From the NCBI GenBank assembly GCA_965202985.1, contig CBDBCF010000001.1, positions 832,001 through 896,000 on the forward strand: DNA of 64,000 nt, read 5' to 3'. Made by a program: the position numbers and the translations under genes. Positions within the stretch are counted from its first letter, which is position 1; each line of letters opens with the position of its first letter. Positions 38,707-51,991 of this stretch are shown piece by piece. The DNA is from Longimicrobiales bacterium. GTDB taxonomy: Bacteria; Gemmatimonadota; Gemmatimonadetes; Longimicrobiales; Gaopeijiaceae. The notes beneath the pieces are model-generated. The model was not told where the DNA came from. It searched no databases and saw only the letters and a program-made list of their open reading frames with translations.

Positions 38707-38962
38707 CAGTAACGGTCAACCGTGCCGGTCGGCTACACCACCCTCCACAACGGAGAATGGAAGTATGAGCATCGGCAGGTACTTCAAAAAGCGCATCGAC
38801 CCAGCCCCGTGGCCGAAACGTGAGTTCCCCGCGCAGGACGACATCGGTCAGGAATCGGCCATCCCGAGTAGGTACGGCCATGAAAGTGCGCCCGATCCCG
38901 CGCCACGGAAATCTCCTGAGCTTCAAGAACGTAGTCACCGAACCTTCATCAAGGAGATGAAC

Positions 38963-39088
38963 ATGTCCGACCAACGCCAGGCAGGAAACGCCCCACCACC
39001 TCCCCCTCCACCGCCAGACCCGGAGCCTCCAAGAACACAAGAAGTCCAGGAGCGCGACCAGAAGCCCGGCAACATTCGCCGCACGTAA
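38963..39088 (+). CDS. Small proline-rich protein, 41 aa (alternative start 38765)
   Basis: AAGGAG-N6-ATG; MSDQRQAGNAPPPPPPPPDPEPPRTQEVQERDQKPGNIRRT. Confidence 0.45.
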   Translation: MSDQRQAGNAPPPPPPPPDPEPPRTQEVQERDQKPGNIRRT

Positions 39089-39147
39089 CCCGAATCGGCC
39101 GAGGGGTTGCGATGGCCCCTCGCCCCCACCCACCGAAGAATACATCC

Positions 39148-39966
39148 ATGTTTGCAAGGTTGTTTGAGCTTCTACAGGAATCAACAACACTAACTGTTAG
39201 CAATGCTCTCTTGATAGGACTTCCTCCCTTAACGGCAACCATCTATTGTATTGGGCGAGCACTCACGGGGTATGCGCTTCGATCCGTATGGGTGGAAAAC
39301 CACACTGAACGTCAGAAAAGGTGCTGGTTGTGGGCCGGGTTCGCCCTATCTATGGTAGTCGAGCAACCCGCTCCGGGAGGTGACTTCGAGGTGCGCTTGA
39401 AGGGAGTCACGCTTGCGAAAGGGCTCGGTCACAATATAGTAAGTCGTTTGCGTGTCGGCAGGATGATGTTCCGGAGCTACAAGATTCGAGCACGATCGGG
39501 GTTCGTGACAACGTTCGTCGTTACCGATCACTTGACCAGAGGATACGTCGCCGACGCGGAGGCAGTTCTCTATGGAATCGTTCAATGGGTTGACAATTGC
39601 AAAATCGAAGACGAATACGAATGGAAAACCGCGTTCCGGAACGAAATGGATCGATTACACGAAGACAGATCGAAAGAAGACCGGGGACGGTCGCGGGGAT
39701 GGAATAGGGTCCACTACCCACTGCCGGGATACAGAGAGGTGCGCAGGCGATACCTGAAGGACGTCAAGCACGCAGACACATTCTTCGAGGACTGGGCGTG
39801 GGACGTATACAGCAACGACCGCGACAACCTAGCCACAAAATTCAGAAGCATCATAGACCTGCTTCCGGTATTGCCTCGTTCCACGTCTGGACAACCCGCA
39901 CCCACAGTCCCCAAACCTCGCGGACTACGATCAATGACTAGCCCCCCACCTGACACGCAAGCTTGA
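39148..39966 (+). CDS. Hypothetical membrane-anchored protein, lower GC
   Basis: Hydrophobic ALLIGLPPLTATIYCIG segment; ORF of ~272 aa. Confidence 0.6.
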   Translation: MFARLFELLQESTTLTVSNALLIGLPPLTATIYCIGRALTGYALRSVWVENHTERQKRCWLWAGFALSMVVEQPAPGGDFEVRLKGVTLAKGLGHNIVSRLRVGRMMFRSYKIRARSGFVTTFVVTDHLTRGYVADAEAVLYGIVQWVDNCKIEDEYEWKTAFRNEMDRLHEDRSKEDRGRSRGWNRVHYPLPGYREVRRRYLKDVKHADTFFEDWAWDVYSNDRDNLATKFRSIIDLLPVLPRSTSGQPAPTVPKPRGLRSMTSPPPDTQA

Positions 39967-40141
39967 ACGTGTTAGGATGAAGGTTCAAGAAATACCGCTC
40001 CCAACGAACCGACAACCGGCATGGGCTGAGGGGGCGACGCCCTCTCTGGACGACACCACACTGGAGTGCACGCTGCCGGGCAAGGATCCCGCGCACCTCG
40101 CCGTTGAGCCCTCGCTGCGGTGGCGGAGCCGCCCGAAATGG

Positions 40142-40170
40142 TTGCCGTAGTCCCACTATTCCGATAGGTT
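40142..40170 (+). promoter_or_regulatory. Putative sigma70 promoter of mod-TIR-res
   Basis: TTGCCG-N17-TAGGTT, ~55 nt before the ATG. Confidence 0.55.
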
Positions 40171-40223
40171 GGATGCCTCGATCATCGGACACACGGCCCG
40201 CCCAAGAGCACCCGACCGCAAAC

Positions 40224-42785
40224 ATGAAGAAAGACATCGAGAGCTACGCGCATCGCGACAAGGAGCGCGCCAACAACCCGCCGGTCGGCCTAGTGACGCC
40301 CGCCACGGACAAGGAGGCCGGCAAGAAGACCTACACCCACGATCCCCACATCGACCCCGAACTCTCTTGGGCGGGCAAGGCCGAGCACACGTCGTTCGAG
40401 GTCCCGACCGTCTCGCTCCACGTCCACGAGCGAATCGACCCGCGCACCATCGTGGAGGCGGTCCGCAAGCGCAACGGCGACCCGGCCTCGCAGAATTCCC
40501 TCTTCGAGGACCCGGCCGAGAATCCCCCGATCCGGCAAGCCATCGACTTCTACCGCCACCGACACAACTGGACCAACCGCCTCATCGCCGGCGACAGCCT
40601 ACTGGTCATGAACAGCCTGCTGGAGAAGGAAGGCCTGGGCGGCAAGGTGCAGATGGTGTACATGGACCCGCCCTACGGGATTCGGTACGGGTCCAACTTC
40701 CAGCCGTTCGTCGGCAAGCCCGACGTGCGCGACATGGATCGCGACCTCACCCGCGAACCGGAGATGATTCGGGCGTTTCGGGACACGTGGGAGCTTGGGA
40801 TTCACTCCTACCTGACGTATCTGCGCGACCGGCTACTGCTGGTCAGGCAGCTTCTGGCGAAGAGTGGCAGTTGCTTCGTACAGGTCGGGAAGGAGAACGT
40901 TCATCGCGTCGGCGTCGCTATGGACGAAGTGCTCGGAGCGGAGAATCGAGTTGCGACCATATCCTACGCCACGACAGGCGCGAGTTCCGCCGAAACGCTG
41001 CCCGAGGTGGCGGATTATCTGCTTTGGTACGCCAAAGACAAGACGACAATGAAGTATCGGCCGCTTTATACACGGCTGAGTCGGGCTGACGTGATCCGAT
41101 TGTTCAGCTGGCACGTGATGATCGAGCTGCCGGATGGCGAATGTCGCAAGCCTACGCCGTTGGAGCGCTTCAATCCAGACGAGCACTTGCCCGCCGGCGC
41201 GCGCATCTACGCTCGGATGCCTCTCGATTCCCAGGGTGAATCGACCACTGGTCGCTCCGACCCCTATGAGTGGAAGGGGCGAGTATTTGAGTGTGCCCGC
41301 AATCGACATTGGAGCATTTCCAAGGAAGGGTTGGATCGGATGGCCGGCTTGCGGCGCTTGGAAGCGCGGGAAGGCCAGACGTCGCTCCGCTGGAAGCAAT
41401 ACGAGGACGAAGTGCCAGGACGTAGCATCAACAACGTTTGGTCCGCGCCGATGCGGGCGCAGAACAAGCGATACGTTGTTCAAACGGATACGACGGTGGT
41501 CCAGCGCTGCATCCTGATGACGACGGATCCGGGTGACTTGGTATTTGATCCCACTTGCGGTGCCGGAACGACCGCCTATGTCGCCGAACAGTGGGGACGA
41601 CGCTGGGCAACTTGCGACACGTCCCGCGTGTCCATGGTGATTGCCCGCCAACGCCTGATGACGGCACACTTCGACTACTACGAACTGGCCTATCCCGACG
41701 AAGGCGTGGGCTCCGGCTTCCGCTATCGCACCGTGGAAACGGTCTCCGCCCGCACCCTGGCCTACGACGAACCCGCCAAGCGAATCGCTCTCTACGACCA
41801 GCCGAGATCGACCGCGAACAAAGCCCGCGTCACCGGACCGTTTACCGTAGAGGCTGTTCCCGCTCCAATGGTGAAGCCTCTTGAAGAAGAAGCGCCGGAG
41901 GAAAAGGCGGCGTGGGAGGCCGACGAGTCCGTGGCCCGCTCCGGCGAGACGATTCGCCAGAGCGACTGGCGCGACGAACTGCTCAGGACCGGGATTCGGG
42001 GCAAGGCCGGCCAGCACGTCTCGTTCGCCCGGTTGGAGCCGCTGGCCGGTGCCCGATGGCTCCACGCCGAAGGGGAAACGCGACCGGACGATTCGGGCCC
42101 CGACAGCGTTCGAGAGGGCACCGCCACGAAGGTGATGCGGACGGTCGTGTCGTTCGGACCGGACCACGCACCGTTGGAGCAACGCCAAGTCGCGATGGCA
42201 ATCGACGAAGCCCACAGCTTGGTTCCCCGCCCAACGATCATCGTTTTCGCGGCCTTCCAGTTCGACCCGGAAGCAGCCAAGGACATCGACCAGACCAGCT
42301 GGCCGGGCGTCCAGTTCCTCAAGGCCCACATGAACGCCGACCTGCTCACCGATGACCTTGTGAAGAAGCGACGCGCCAACGAGAGCTTCTGGATGATCGG
42401 CCAGCCGGACGTCGACGTGGAGCCCATCGCCGACGGCCAGCACGCCGGCAGATATCGGGTAACCGTCGGCGGCTTCGACTACTACAACACAAAAACGGGC
42501 GAGCTGGAGTCCGGCGGTCACGACAAGATCGCCGTCTGGATGCTCGACCCGGACTACGACGGACGAAGCCTCTTCCCCCGCCAAGTGTTCTTCCCGGCCG
42601 GCCACGCCCGCCACGACTGGAATCGCCTGGCGAAGAACCTCAAGGCCGAGATCGACCCGAGCTTGATCGAAGCCTACCGGGGCACGGTCTCTCTACCGTT
42701 CAAGCGCGGCAAGTACGGCCGCGCCGCCGTCAAGATCGTGGACGACCGAGGCATCGAGAGCCTCAAAATCGTGGAGCTGGAGTGA
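40224..42785 (+). CDS. mod: Type III-like DNA methyltransferase (Mod)
   Basis: NRLIAGDSL, YMDPPYG, FDPTCGAGTT (beta-class motif order); C-terminal VKIVDDRGIE. Confidence 0.92.
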   Translation: MKKDIESYAHRDKERANNPPVGLVTPATDKEAGKKTYTHDPHIDPELSWAGKAEHTSFEVPTVSLHVHERIDPRTIVEAVRKRNGDPASQNSLFEDPAENPPIRQAIDFYRHRHNWTNRLIAGDSLLVMNSLLEKEGLGGKVQMVYMDPPYGIRYGSNFQPFVGKPDVRDMDRDLTREPEMIRAFRDTWELGIHSYLTYLRDRLLLVRQLLAKSGSCFVQVGKENVHRVGVAMDEVLGAENRVATISYATTGASSAETLPEVADYLLWYAKDKTTMKYRPLYTRLSRADVIRLFSWHVMIELPDGECRKPTPLERFNPDEHLPAGARIYARMPLDSQGESTTGRSDPYEWKGRVFECARNRHWSISKEGLDRMAGLRRLEAREGQTSLRWKQYEDEVPGRSINNVWSAPMRAQNKRYVVQTDTTVVQRCILMTTDPGDLVFDPTCGAGTTAYVAEQWGRRWATCDTSRVSMVIARQRLMTAHFDYYELAYPDEGVGSGFRYRTVETVSARTLAYDEPAKRIALYDQPRSTANKARVTGPFTVEAVPAPMVKPLEEEAPEEKAAWEADESVARSGETIRQSDWRDELLRTGIRGKAGQHVSFARLEPLAGARWLHAEGETRPDDSGPDSVREGTATKVMRTVVSFGPDHAPLEQRQVAMAIDEAHSLVPRPTIIVFAAFQFDPEAAKDIDQTSWPGVQFLKAHMNADLLTDDLVKKRRANESFWMIGQPDVDVEPIADGQHAGRYRVTVGGFDYYNTKTGELESGGHDKIAVWMLDPDYDGRSLFPRQVFFPAGHARHDWNRLAKNLKAEIDPSLIEAYRGTVSLPFKRGKYGRAAVKIVDDRGIESLKIVELE

Positions 42786-43567
42786 TGGGAATCAATCTGC
42801 CGAAGGCCAGGGCCATTGAGTTGCTCGAGAGATCCCTGTCGAGAATGGGCGACCTTACTCTTCAAGATCATATGGACAGGAGTGGTGCCTACCAGAAATG
42901 GCAACGCGACACCGGTGTAGCCGTCCGGAAAATCTTTGGCGATGACTCCTCGCATTCTAGCGACTTTATCATGGAGGTTTATAGTCATGTAAGTTACGGA
43001 TTTGAGAATGTAACTGTCTTGCTGAAGTCAATGATTGACGAAATCAAAGAATTCGGAGACGATGACGATTCCTCGCAATCAAGACCTGCGCAGGATCCAG
43101 ACGCAAGCACACGCGACAAACGGTCAGTGTTTATTGTTCATGGTCATGATGAACCCGCCAAGCTCACTGTGAAGGACTTCTTGAAGGAACTTCACCTAAA
43201 CCCCATTATCTTGTCCGATAAAGCGAGCGAGGGAAACACCATCATTGCGAAATTCCAAAAGCACGCGCAAGTCGCCTTCGCTGTCGTGCTGATGACTCCA
43301 GATGATAAAGGTGCTCGCAAACGTGATGTCAAGATGTCCTGTCGAGCCAGACAGAACGTCATATTTGAATTCGGCTTCTTTCTGGGAGAACTGGGCATGG
43401 AGAAGGTCAGATTATTGCGGAAGGGAGAAGTAGAAATACCTTCCGACTATTCTGGCGTCGAGTACATTGATTTCGACGACAAAGGGGGATGGAAGCTGAA
43501 GTTGGCTCAAGAAATGAAAGATGCAGGGCTGGAATTCGACATGAATCGCCTGTCCGAATCCCGTTAG
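42785..43567 (+). CDS. TIR-like nucleotide-binding protein (CAP12/Pycsar-type TIR domain)
   Basis: VFIVHGHD, PIIL, TIIAKF, FAVVLMTPDD, RARQNVIFEFG, EIPSDYSGV; low GC; TGATG coupling to mod. Confidence 0.9.
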   Translation: MGINLPKARAIELLERSLSRMGDLTLQDHMDRSGAYQKWQRDTGVAVRKIFGDDSSHSSDFIMEVYSHVSYGFENVTVLLKSMIDEIKEFGDDDDSSQSRPAQDPDASTRDKRSVFIVHGHDEPAKLTVKDFLKELHLNPIILSDKASEGNTIIAKFQKHAQVAFAVVLMTPDDKGARKRDVKMSCRARQNVIFEFGFFLGELGMEKVRLLRKGEVEIPSDYSGVEYIDFDDKGGWKLKLAQEMKDAGLEFDMNRLSESR

Positions 43568-43585
43568 CTGCATAGCAGAGCCGGC

Positions 43586-46399
43586 ATGCCTCAGTCCACC
43601 ATCGACCGCCTCATCGTCAACTCGCCCTACGACGAACCCAACCGCCACTGGCACTACGACCACAGCACCCGCCTCTTCGACCTCAAGGAAGGCCGTCGCC
43701 CCGCCGGCTACCTGGTCGCCTCCGAAGACTCCCGCGCCTTCGACGACCCCGGCACCTTCGTCGAAATCCCGCTGGTCAACCGCATTCGCCCCCGCGTCAA
43801 CAAGTGGCGCGAGGCCGGCTGGCCGGGCGTCTCCGCCGTCACCCGCCGCCTGCTCCGGCACTGGCACGACCCCGAGGAGTTCGACAGCCGCCGGTTCTTC
43901 TTCTGCCAGCTGGAGGCGATCGAGACGCTGATCTGGCTGGTCGAATCGTCGATCGAGGACAGGGGCGGCATCGACGTGCCCTCCGACGGCGGCGACTTCC
44001 AGCGCGTGTGCGCCAAGATGGCGACGGGCTCGGGCAAGACGCTCGTGATGGCGATGCTGATCGCGTGGCAGGTGCTGAACCGGGTCGATCGGCGGCGGGA
44101 CACGCGGTTCGCGCGCAACGTGCTCGTGGTGGCGCCGGGGCTCACGGTGAAGAGCCGGCTGGCGGTGCTGGAGCCGTTTCACCCCGAGAACTACTACGAA
44201 GCATTTCGCATCGTCCCGTCGGCGCTGCTCGACAAGCTGCGGCAGGGCCGGGTCGTGGTGCGGAACTGGCACGCGCTCAACTGGGAGAGCGACGAGCAGG
44301 TCGCCAAGCGCCGCAGCGTGGACAAGCGGGGCGCTCGGAGCGACGAAGCCTACGTCCGCGACGTGCTGGGCGAGATGTCGGGCGCCCGCGGGCTGCTGGT
44401 CGTCAACGACGAGGCCCACCACGCCTGGCGGACACACGGCGCGACCCGGATGAAGGGCGTCGCCAAGGCCCGGATCGACGAGGCGACCAAGTGGGTCGGC
44501 GGGCTGGACAGGATTCACCGGGCGCGGGGCGTTCTCCGCTGCTACGACTTCTCGGCCACGCCCTTCGCGCCGTCGGGCGGGCGTAGCTCGGAAGAGGCGC
44601 TTTTCGATTGGATCGTGAGCGACTTCGGCCTCAACGACGCCATCGAGGCCGGACTGGTCAAGACGCCCCGAGTGGTCGTGCGGGACGACGCGGTGCCCGA
44701 CGCCGCCACCTACAAGTCGCGCCTGTACCACATCTACAACGACCCGGAGGTGAAGGCCGACCTGAACCGCAGGGCCGCCGCGCACGAGCCGCTGCCCGAC
44801 CTGGTCGTGAACGGCTACCACCTGCTGGGGCACGACTGGCAGGAGACCGCCAAGGCGTGGCGCGAAGCCGAGATGCCGGCGCCGCCGACGATGATCACGG
44901 TGGCCAACCGCACAGAGACCGCCGCCCGCGTCAAGCACGCCTTCGACAAGGGCACGATTCCGGTCCCGGAGTTGTGCGACCCGGCGCGCACGCTCCACAT
45001 CGACTCCAAGGTGCTGGCCAAGGCGGAAGCGGAGGCCGAGGCGGCGGCGTCCGGCGGCAACGGGGACGGAGGCGGCAGAAGCGACGGGAGCGGCGGCGCG
45101 AAGCCCGGTCCCAGCAACGCGAAGGAGCGCGCCGAGCTGCTCCGCCGTCAGGTGGACACGGTGGGGCGTCCCGGCGAGCCGGGGGAGCAGATTCAGAACG
45201 TCATCTCCGTTGGGATGCTGTCGGAGGGCTGGGACGCCAAGACCGTCACCCACATCATGGGACTGCGCGCCTTCGCCAGTCAGCTGCTGTGCGAACAGGT
45301 CGTGGGACGCGGGCTCCGCCGAACCGCCTACGAGGTCAACCCCAAGTCCGGTCTCTTCGACCCCGAGCACGTGAACGTCTTCGGCGTGCCCTTCACCTTC
45401 CTGCCCCACGAGCAGGAGGACGCCGTCCCCGAGCCGCCCCAGCCCAAGACCGCCGTCCACCCGCTGGCCGAGCGCACGAAGGAGTACGAGATCACCTGGC
45501 CCAACGTCGTGCGCATCGACCGGTCGTGGCGGCCCCGGCTGACGGTGAACTGGGCCGACATGGACCCGCTGCGGATCGACGTCCGTACGATGGTCAACGT
45601 GGCCGACTTGGCGCCGGTGGTGGACGGCCAGCCCGACGTGACCAAGGTCGAGACGATCAACTTGGTGGAGCTGCTGAGGGGCAAGCGGGAGCAGACGATC
45701 GTCTTCGAGGTCGCGGCCAGGCTCCTGGAGCAGACCGTGCGCGAGCAAGAGTGGACCGGGAGCCGGGAGACCCTGCTGCCGCAGCTGGTCAGGCTGGTGG
45801 AGGAGTTCGTGCGCTCCGACAGACTCCGGCTGGAGCCGCCGATCTTCGCGCAAGACCGGCGGAAGCGCCGCATCGTCGTCGCCTTGAGCATGGTGCGAGT
45901 GGTCCAGCACATCTTGCAGTCGATCCGCCAGGAAAACGCCGAGGTGCTGGCCCCCGTCTTCGACCCCGACCGCCCCATCGGCTCCACCGCCGACATGGCC
46001 ACCTGGTACACCGGCAAGCCGTGCGGCCCCACCACCCGCAGCCACGTCAACTACTGCGTCTACGACAGCGCTTGGGAGACGTCCGAAGCCTACGCCCTTG
46101 ACCAGAGCCCCTTGGTCCGCGCTTGGGTCAAGAACGACCACCTGGGCTTCGAGGTCTCATACGTCCACCGCGGCGTGGTGCGGAAGTACCGCCCCGACTT
46201 CCTGGTCCGCCTGACCTCCGGCGAAACGCTCGTCCTGGAGGTGAAGGGCCACGTCCGCGAGCCCGACCCCGTGAAGCGCCGCTACATGGACGAGTGGTGC
46301 CAGGCCGTGAACGCCCACGGCGGCTTCGGCCGCTGGCGGCACGCCGTCTCCCGCGGGCCGGGCAAGGTCCACGGGATATTGGAGGAGGCGGGCGGATAG
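43586..46399 (+). CDS. res: Type III-like restriction subunit (Res; SF2 helicase plus PD-(D/E)xK nuclease)
   Basis: KMATGSGKT, NDEAHH, FSATPF, MLSEGWD, EQVVGRGLRR, YRPDFLV...LEVKG. Confidence 0.92.
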   Translation: MPQSTIDRLIVNSPYDEPNRHWHYDHSTRLFDLKEGRRPAGYLVASEDSRAFDDPGTFVEIPLVNRIRPRVNKWREAGWPGVSAVTRRLLRHWHDPEEFDSRRFFFCQLEAIETLIWLVESSIEDRGGIDVPSDGGDFQRVCAKMATGSGKTLVMAMLIAWQVLNRVDRRRDTRFARNVLVVAPGLTVKSRLAVLEPFHPENYYEAFRIVPSALLDKLRQGRVVVRNWHALNWESDEQVAKRRSVDKRGARSDEAYVRDVLGEMSGARGLLVVNDEAHHAWRTHGATRMKGVAKARIDEATKWVGGLDRIHRARGVLRCYDFSATPFAPSGGRSSEEALFDWIVSDFGLNDAIEAGLVKTPRVVVRDDAVPDAATYKSRLYHIYNDPEVKADLNRRAAAHEPLPDLVVNGYHLLGHDWQETAKAWREAEMPAPPTMITVANRTETAARVKHAFDKGTIPVPELCDPARTLHIDSKVLAKAEAEAEAAASGGNGDGGGRSDGSGGAKPGPSNAKERAELLRRQVDTVGRPGEPGEQIQNVISVGMLSEGWDAKTVTHIMGLRAFASQLLCEQVVGRGLRRTAYEVNPKSGLFDPEHVNVFGVPFTFLPHEQEDAVPEPPQPKTAVHPLAERTKEYEITWPNVVRIDRSWRPRLTVNWADMDPLRIDVRTMVNVADLAPVVDGQPDVTKVETINLVELLRGKREQTIVFEVAARLLEQTVREQEWTGSRETLLPQLVRLVEEFVRSDRLRLEPPIFAQDRRKRRIVVALSMVRVVQHILQSIRQENAEVLAPVFDPDRPIGSTADMATWYTGKPCGPTTRSHVNYCVYDSAWETSEAYALDQSPLVRAWVKNDHLGFEVSYVHRGVVRKYRPDFLVRLTSGETLVLEVKGHVREPDPVKRRYMDEWCQAVNAHGGFGRWRHAVSRGPGKVHGILEEAGG

Positions 46400-46412
46400 G
46401 AAGCGCCCTGCA

Positions 46413-47264
46413 TCACGATCGGATCGCCCACATGCGCGTCGAGGCGTCGTACGCCAGTTCTCCGCGACGCTTCAAGTGCAGTTGGGCGTGACGCAGGCGG
46501 CGCTTCCACGCCCTGCCGTACTGCTCGCCCTTGATCGAGAAGTACTCGGTGTCGTCGCACAGGTCGGGCAGGAGCTCCTGGACTTGCGACTGGATTTCCT
46601 TGGTCGCAAGAGGGCCGTCCGCGAGGACGAACAGGATCGCGTCGCCGAACACGGCGTGGGCGCTGCGGTCGCCCACCTGAGCGGAGGCGAATGCGGGCTT
46701 GGCGCGCTGCAAGGCGTCGTTGAAGCGAGCTCTGGCGGACGACGACGCGTCGGCCGTCGCTTCTTCCCAGGCTCGGCGCAACTCGGTCTCCAGCGGCTCC
46801 ATCTCGGCGAGCGCGTCGGGTCCCACCCGGCTTCCCATCGCCGCGAACCGCAGCATGTCGCTCCGCACCTTGCCGGCCAAGCACGGTTCGCGGAACAGCA
46901 CGCCGTACTCGATGTTCCGGTCGATGCCGGACCGGGTCAGGTTCCCCGACGTGACGATCGCAGCCTTCTCGTCGGCCACGAACACCTTGGCGTGAAGGTT
47001 GGGGAGCGCGATCAGCTCGGCCGCGGGCGACGACTGCCGCAGGCAACGGAGGGCGGCGATGTCCAGCGCCGACGTGCCCACCGCCTGCGAGTCGATCTTG
47101 GCCAGCGTGGTGATCTCGACGCCGGTCCGCACCTGGTCGCAGAGCCACTGCGCCTCGCCAAGCTTGATGAACGGCGCGGCCACGAGCAGCGACCTGCTGG
47201 CGATCGAGGCGACTTCGGCCAGCTCCGCCCGCCACCCGCGCCCCAGGAAGTCCACGCCGCCCAC
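46413..47264 (-). CDS. Phospholipase D-like (single HKD) nuclease with C-terminal winged-helix-like domain
   Basis: APFIK, LHAKVFVAD...TSGNLT..G...NIEYG; C-terminal WKRRLRHAQLHLKRRGEL. Start uncertain (47255-47303). Confidence 0.8.
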   Translation of the reverse strand: MGGVDFLGRGWRAELAEVASIASRSLLVAAPFIKLGEAQWLCDQVRTGVEITTLAKIDSQAVGTSALDIAALRCLRQSSPAAELIALPNLHAKVFVADEKAAIVTSGNLTRSGIDRNIEYGVLFREPCLAGKVRSDMLRFAAMGSRVGPDALAEMEPLETELRRAWEEATADASSSARARFNDALQRAKPAFASAQVGDRSAHAVFGDAILFVLADGPLATKEIQSQVQELLPDLCDDTEYFSIKGEQYGRAWKRRLRHAQLHLKRRGELAYDASTRMWAIRS

Positions 47265-47283
47265 TGTCCCGCCCTCCCGAACG

Positions 47284-47990
47284 CTACGCTCTTCGCTCAG
47301 CAAGCTCGTCGTGGCCTGCGCCCATCCCCACGGCTATCCCCATGCACCCCCGCCCCGCCAGCGACGAGAAGTCGTCCCCCGCCACGATGATGTGGTCCAG
47401 GACGGGGATGCCCAGCTGCTCGCCGGCGCTGGCCAGCTGCCGGGTCACGCGCAGGTCCTCCGACGACGGGTCCGGATTCCCGGACGGGTGATTGTGCACC
47501 AGGATCAGCGCCGCCGCGCCCAGCACGATGGCGTCACGGAAGACTTCGCGGGGGTGGATCAGCGAAGCGTCCAGAATCCCGCGCGTCACTTGGCGCTGGC
47601 AGATGGGGCCGTTCTGGGAGTTGAGCAGCAGGACGTGGAACTCCTCGTGTCCCAGATGGGCCAGGCTGGGGGCGAAGATCTCGTGAACGTCCTCGGGGCC
47701 CATGATCGGGTCTTCGGGGACGCACCGAGCGGACGCAACCCGGCGCCCCAACTCGATGGCGGCCACGATCCGGCCGGCCACGGCGGGACCGATCCCGGGC
47801 AGCGCCGCCAAGCGCTCGGGGCCCAGCCGAGCCAAGTCGCCCAGCCGGCCGTCGGACAGGGCCAGCACGGCGTCGGCCAGCTCCCAGGCGGCGGCCGCGC
47901 CCCCCGAGCCGCCGCTCGATCCGATCACGAGCGTGAGCAGCTCCTGCTCCGAGAGCGGCCCCGGGCCGTAGCGCCGAAGCCGCTCCCGCG

Positions 47991-48012
<22 letters not shown>
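47284..48012 (-). CDS. radC: RadC family JAB-domain protein
   Basis: RERL...G...LSEQELL, LPGIG, IHPREVF, HNHPSG.PDPS.ED, VLDHII. Confidence 0.93.
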
Positions 48013-51343
<3,331 letters not shown>

Positions 51344-51347
<4 letters not shown>

Positions 51348-51991
51348 TCCACGTCTCCGCGCAGGTCGTGCGCGCCCAGCTCCCCGCGGCGCGCGCCGCG
51401 TTCTCGATACAGTCCTTCTCTCCGAATTAGGGCCGCAACTTGGGACGCCACCATGGCCGAAAGGGACCTTCCTTGCGCCGCATGTTTCCGCACCCCCGAG
51501 GACGACACCGCGACGGGCGCCATAGGCACGGCCAGCACTGGGAATTCGGGGTAGCCGGGCACCTTCCGCGGAAGCCGACCGTTCCGCGCAACGGCCACGA
51601 CGCGGGCGCGCTCCATCACGTCCCGGGGCGCCCGCCACGACGGAAGCGCCTCCACTTGGTCGGCCCCCAGCACCAGGAAAAGCGACCAGGACGGGTTCGC
51701 CTCCGCCAGCGTCCGCAGGGTGTCCACCGTGTAGGACACGCCCCCGCGCTCCAGCTCCAGGGCACACAGGTCGAAGCGGGGATCGTCCCGGACCACGGCC
51801 TCCACCATGCGCCGCCGCGCGCCCGCCCCCGCCTGCGGAGCGCCGACCCTGTGGGGAGCGAGCGCCGCCGGAACCCACAGGACCAAGTCCAAGCCGACCG
51901 TCTCCGCCGCGGCTCGCGCCACCGCCGCGTGGCCCCGGTGAGGCGGGTCGAAGGTGCCGCCGAAGACGCCTATCCGGGGTCCGTGGTCCAT
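51344..51991 (-). CDS. nadD: Nicotinate-nucleotide adenylyltransferase
   Basis: GVFGGTFDPPHRGH, SYTVDTL, LGAD, VSSS. Confidence 0.95.

Noticed and set aside
38570..39980. Integron cassette bounded by CTAAC and GTTAG sequences
   Set aside because: No properly paired attC R''/R' and L boxes could be built, and there is no integron integrase in the window.
39962..39989. CTTGAAC...GTTCAAG inverted repeat as a terminator
   Set aside because: Short stem, 14-nt loop and no U-tract; insufficient support.
42785..43567. Complete CBASS, Pycsar or Thoeris system
   Set aside because: No cyclase or ThsA-like partner is recognisable; only the TIR gene.
43412..46141. 909-aa antisense ORF and the many similar long overlapping ORFs in the track (e.g. 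48006-50477, 20179-22221, 40833-42614)
   Set aside because: Shadow frames of real genes caused by high-GC codon bias; no motifs.
23998..47264. Prophage or ICE
   Set aside because: No structural, conjugation, replication or integrase genes.
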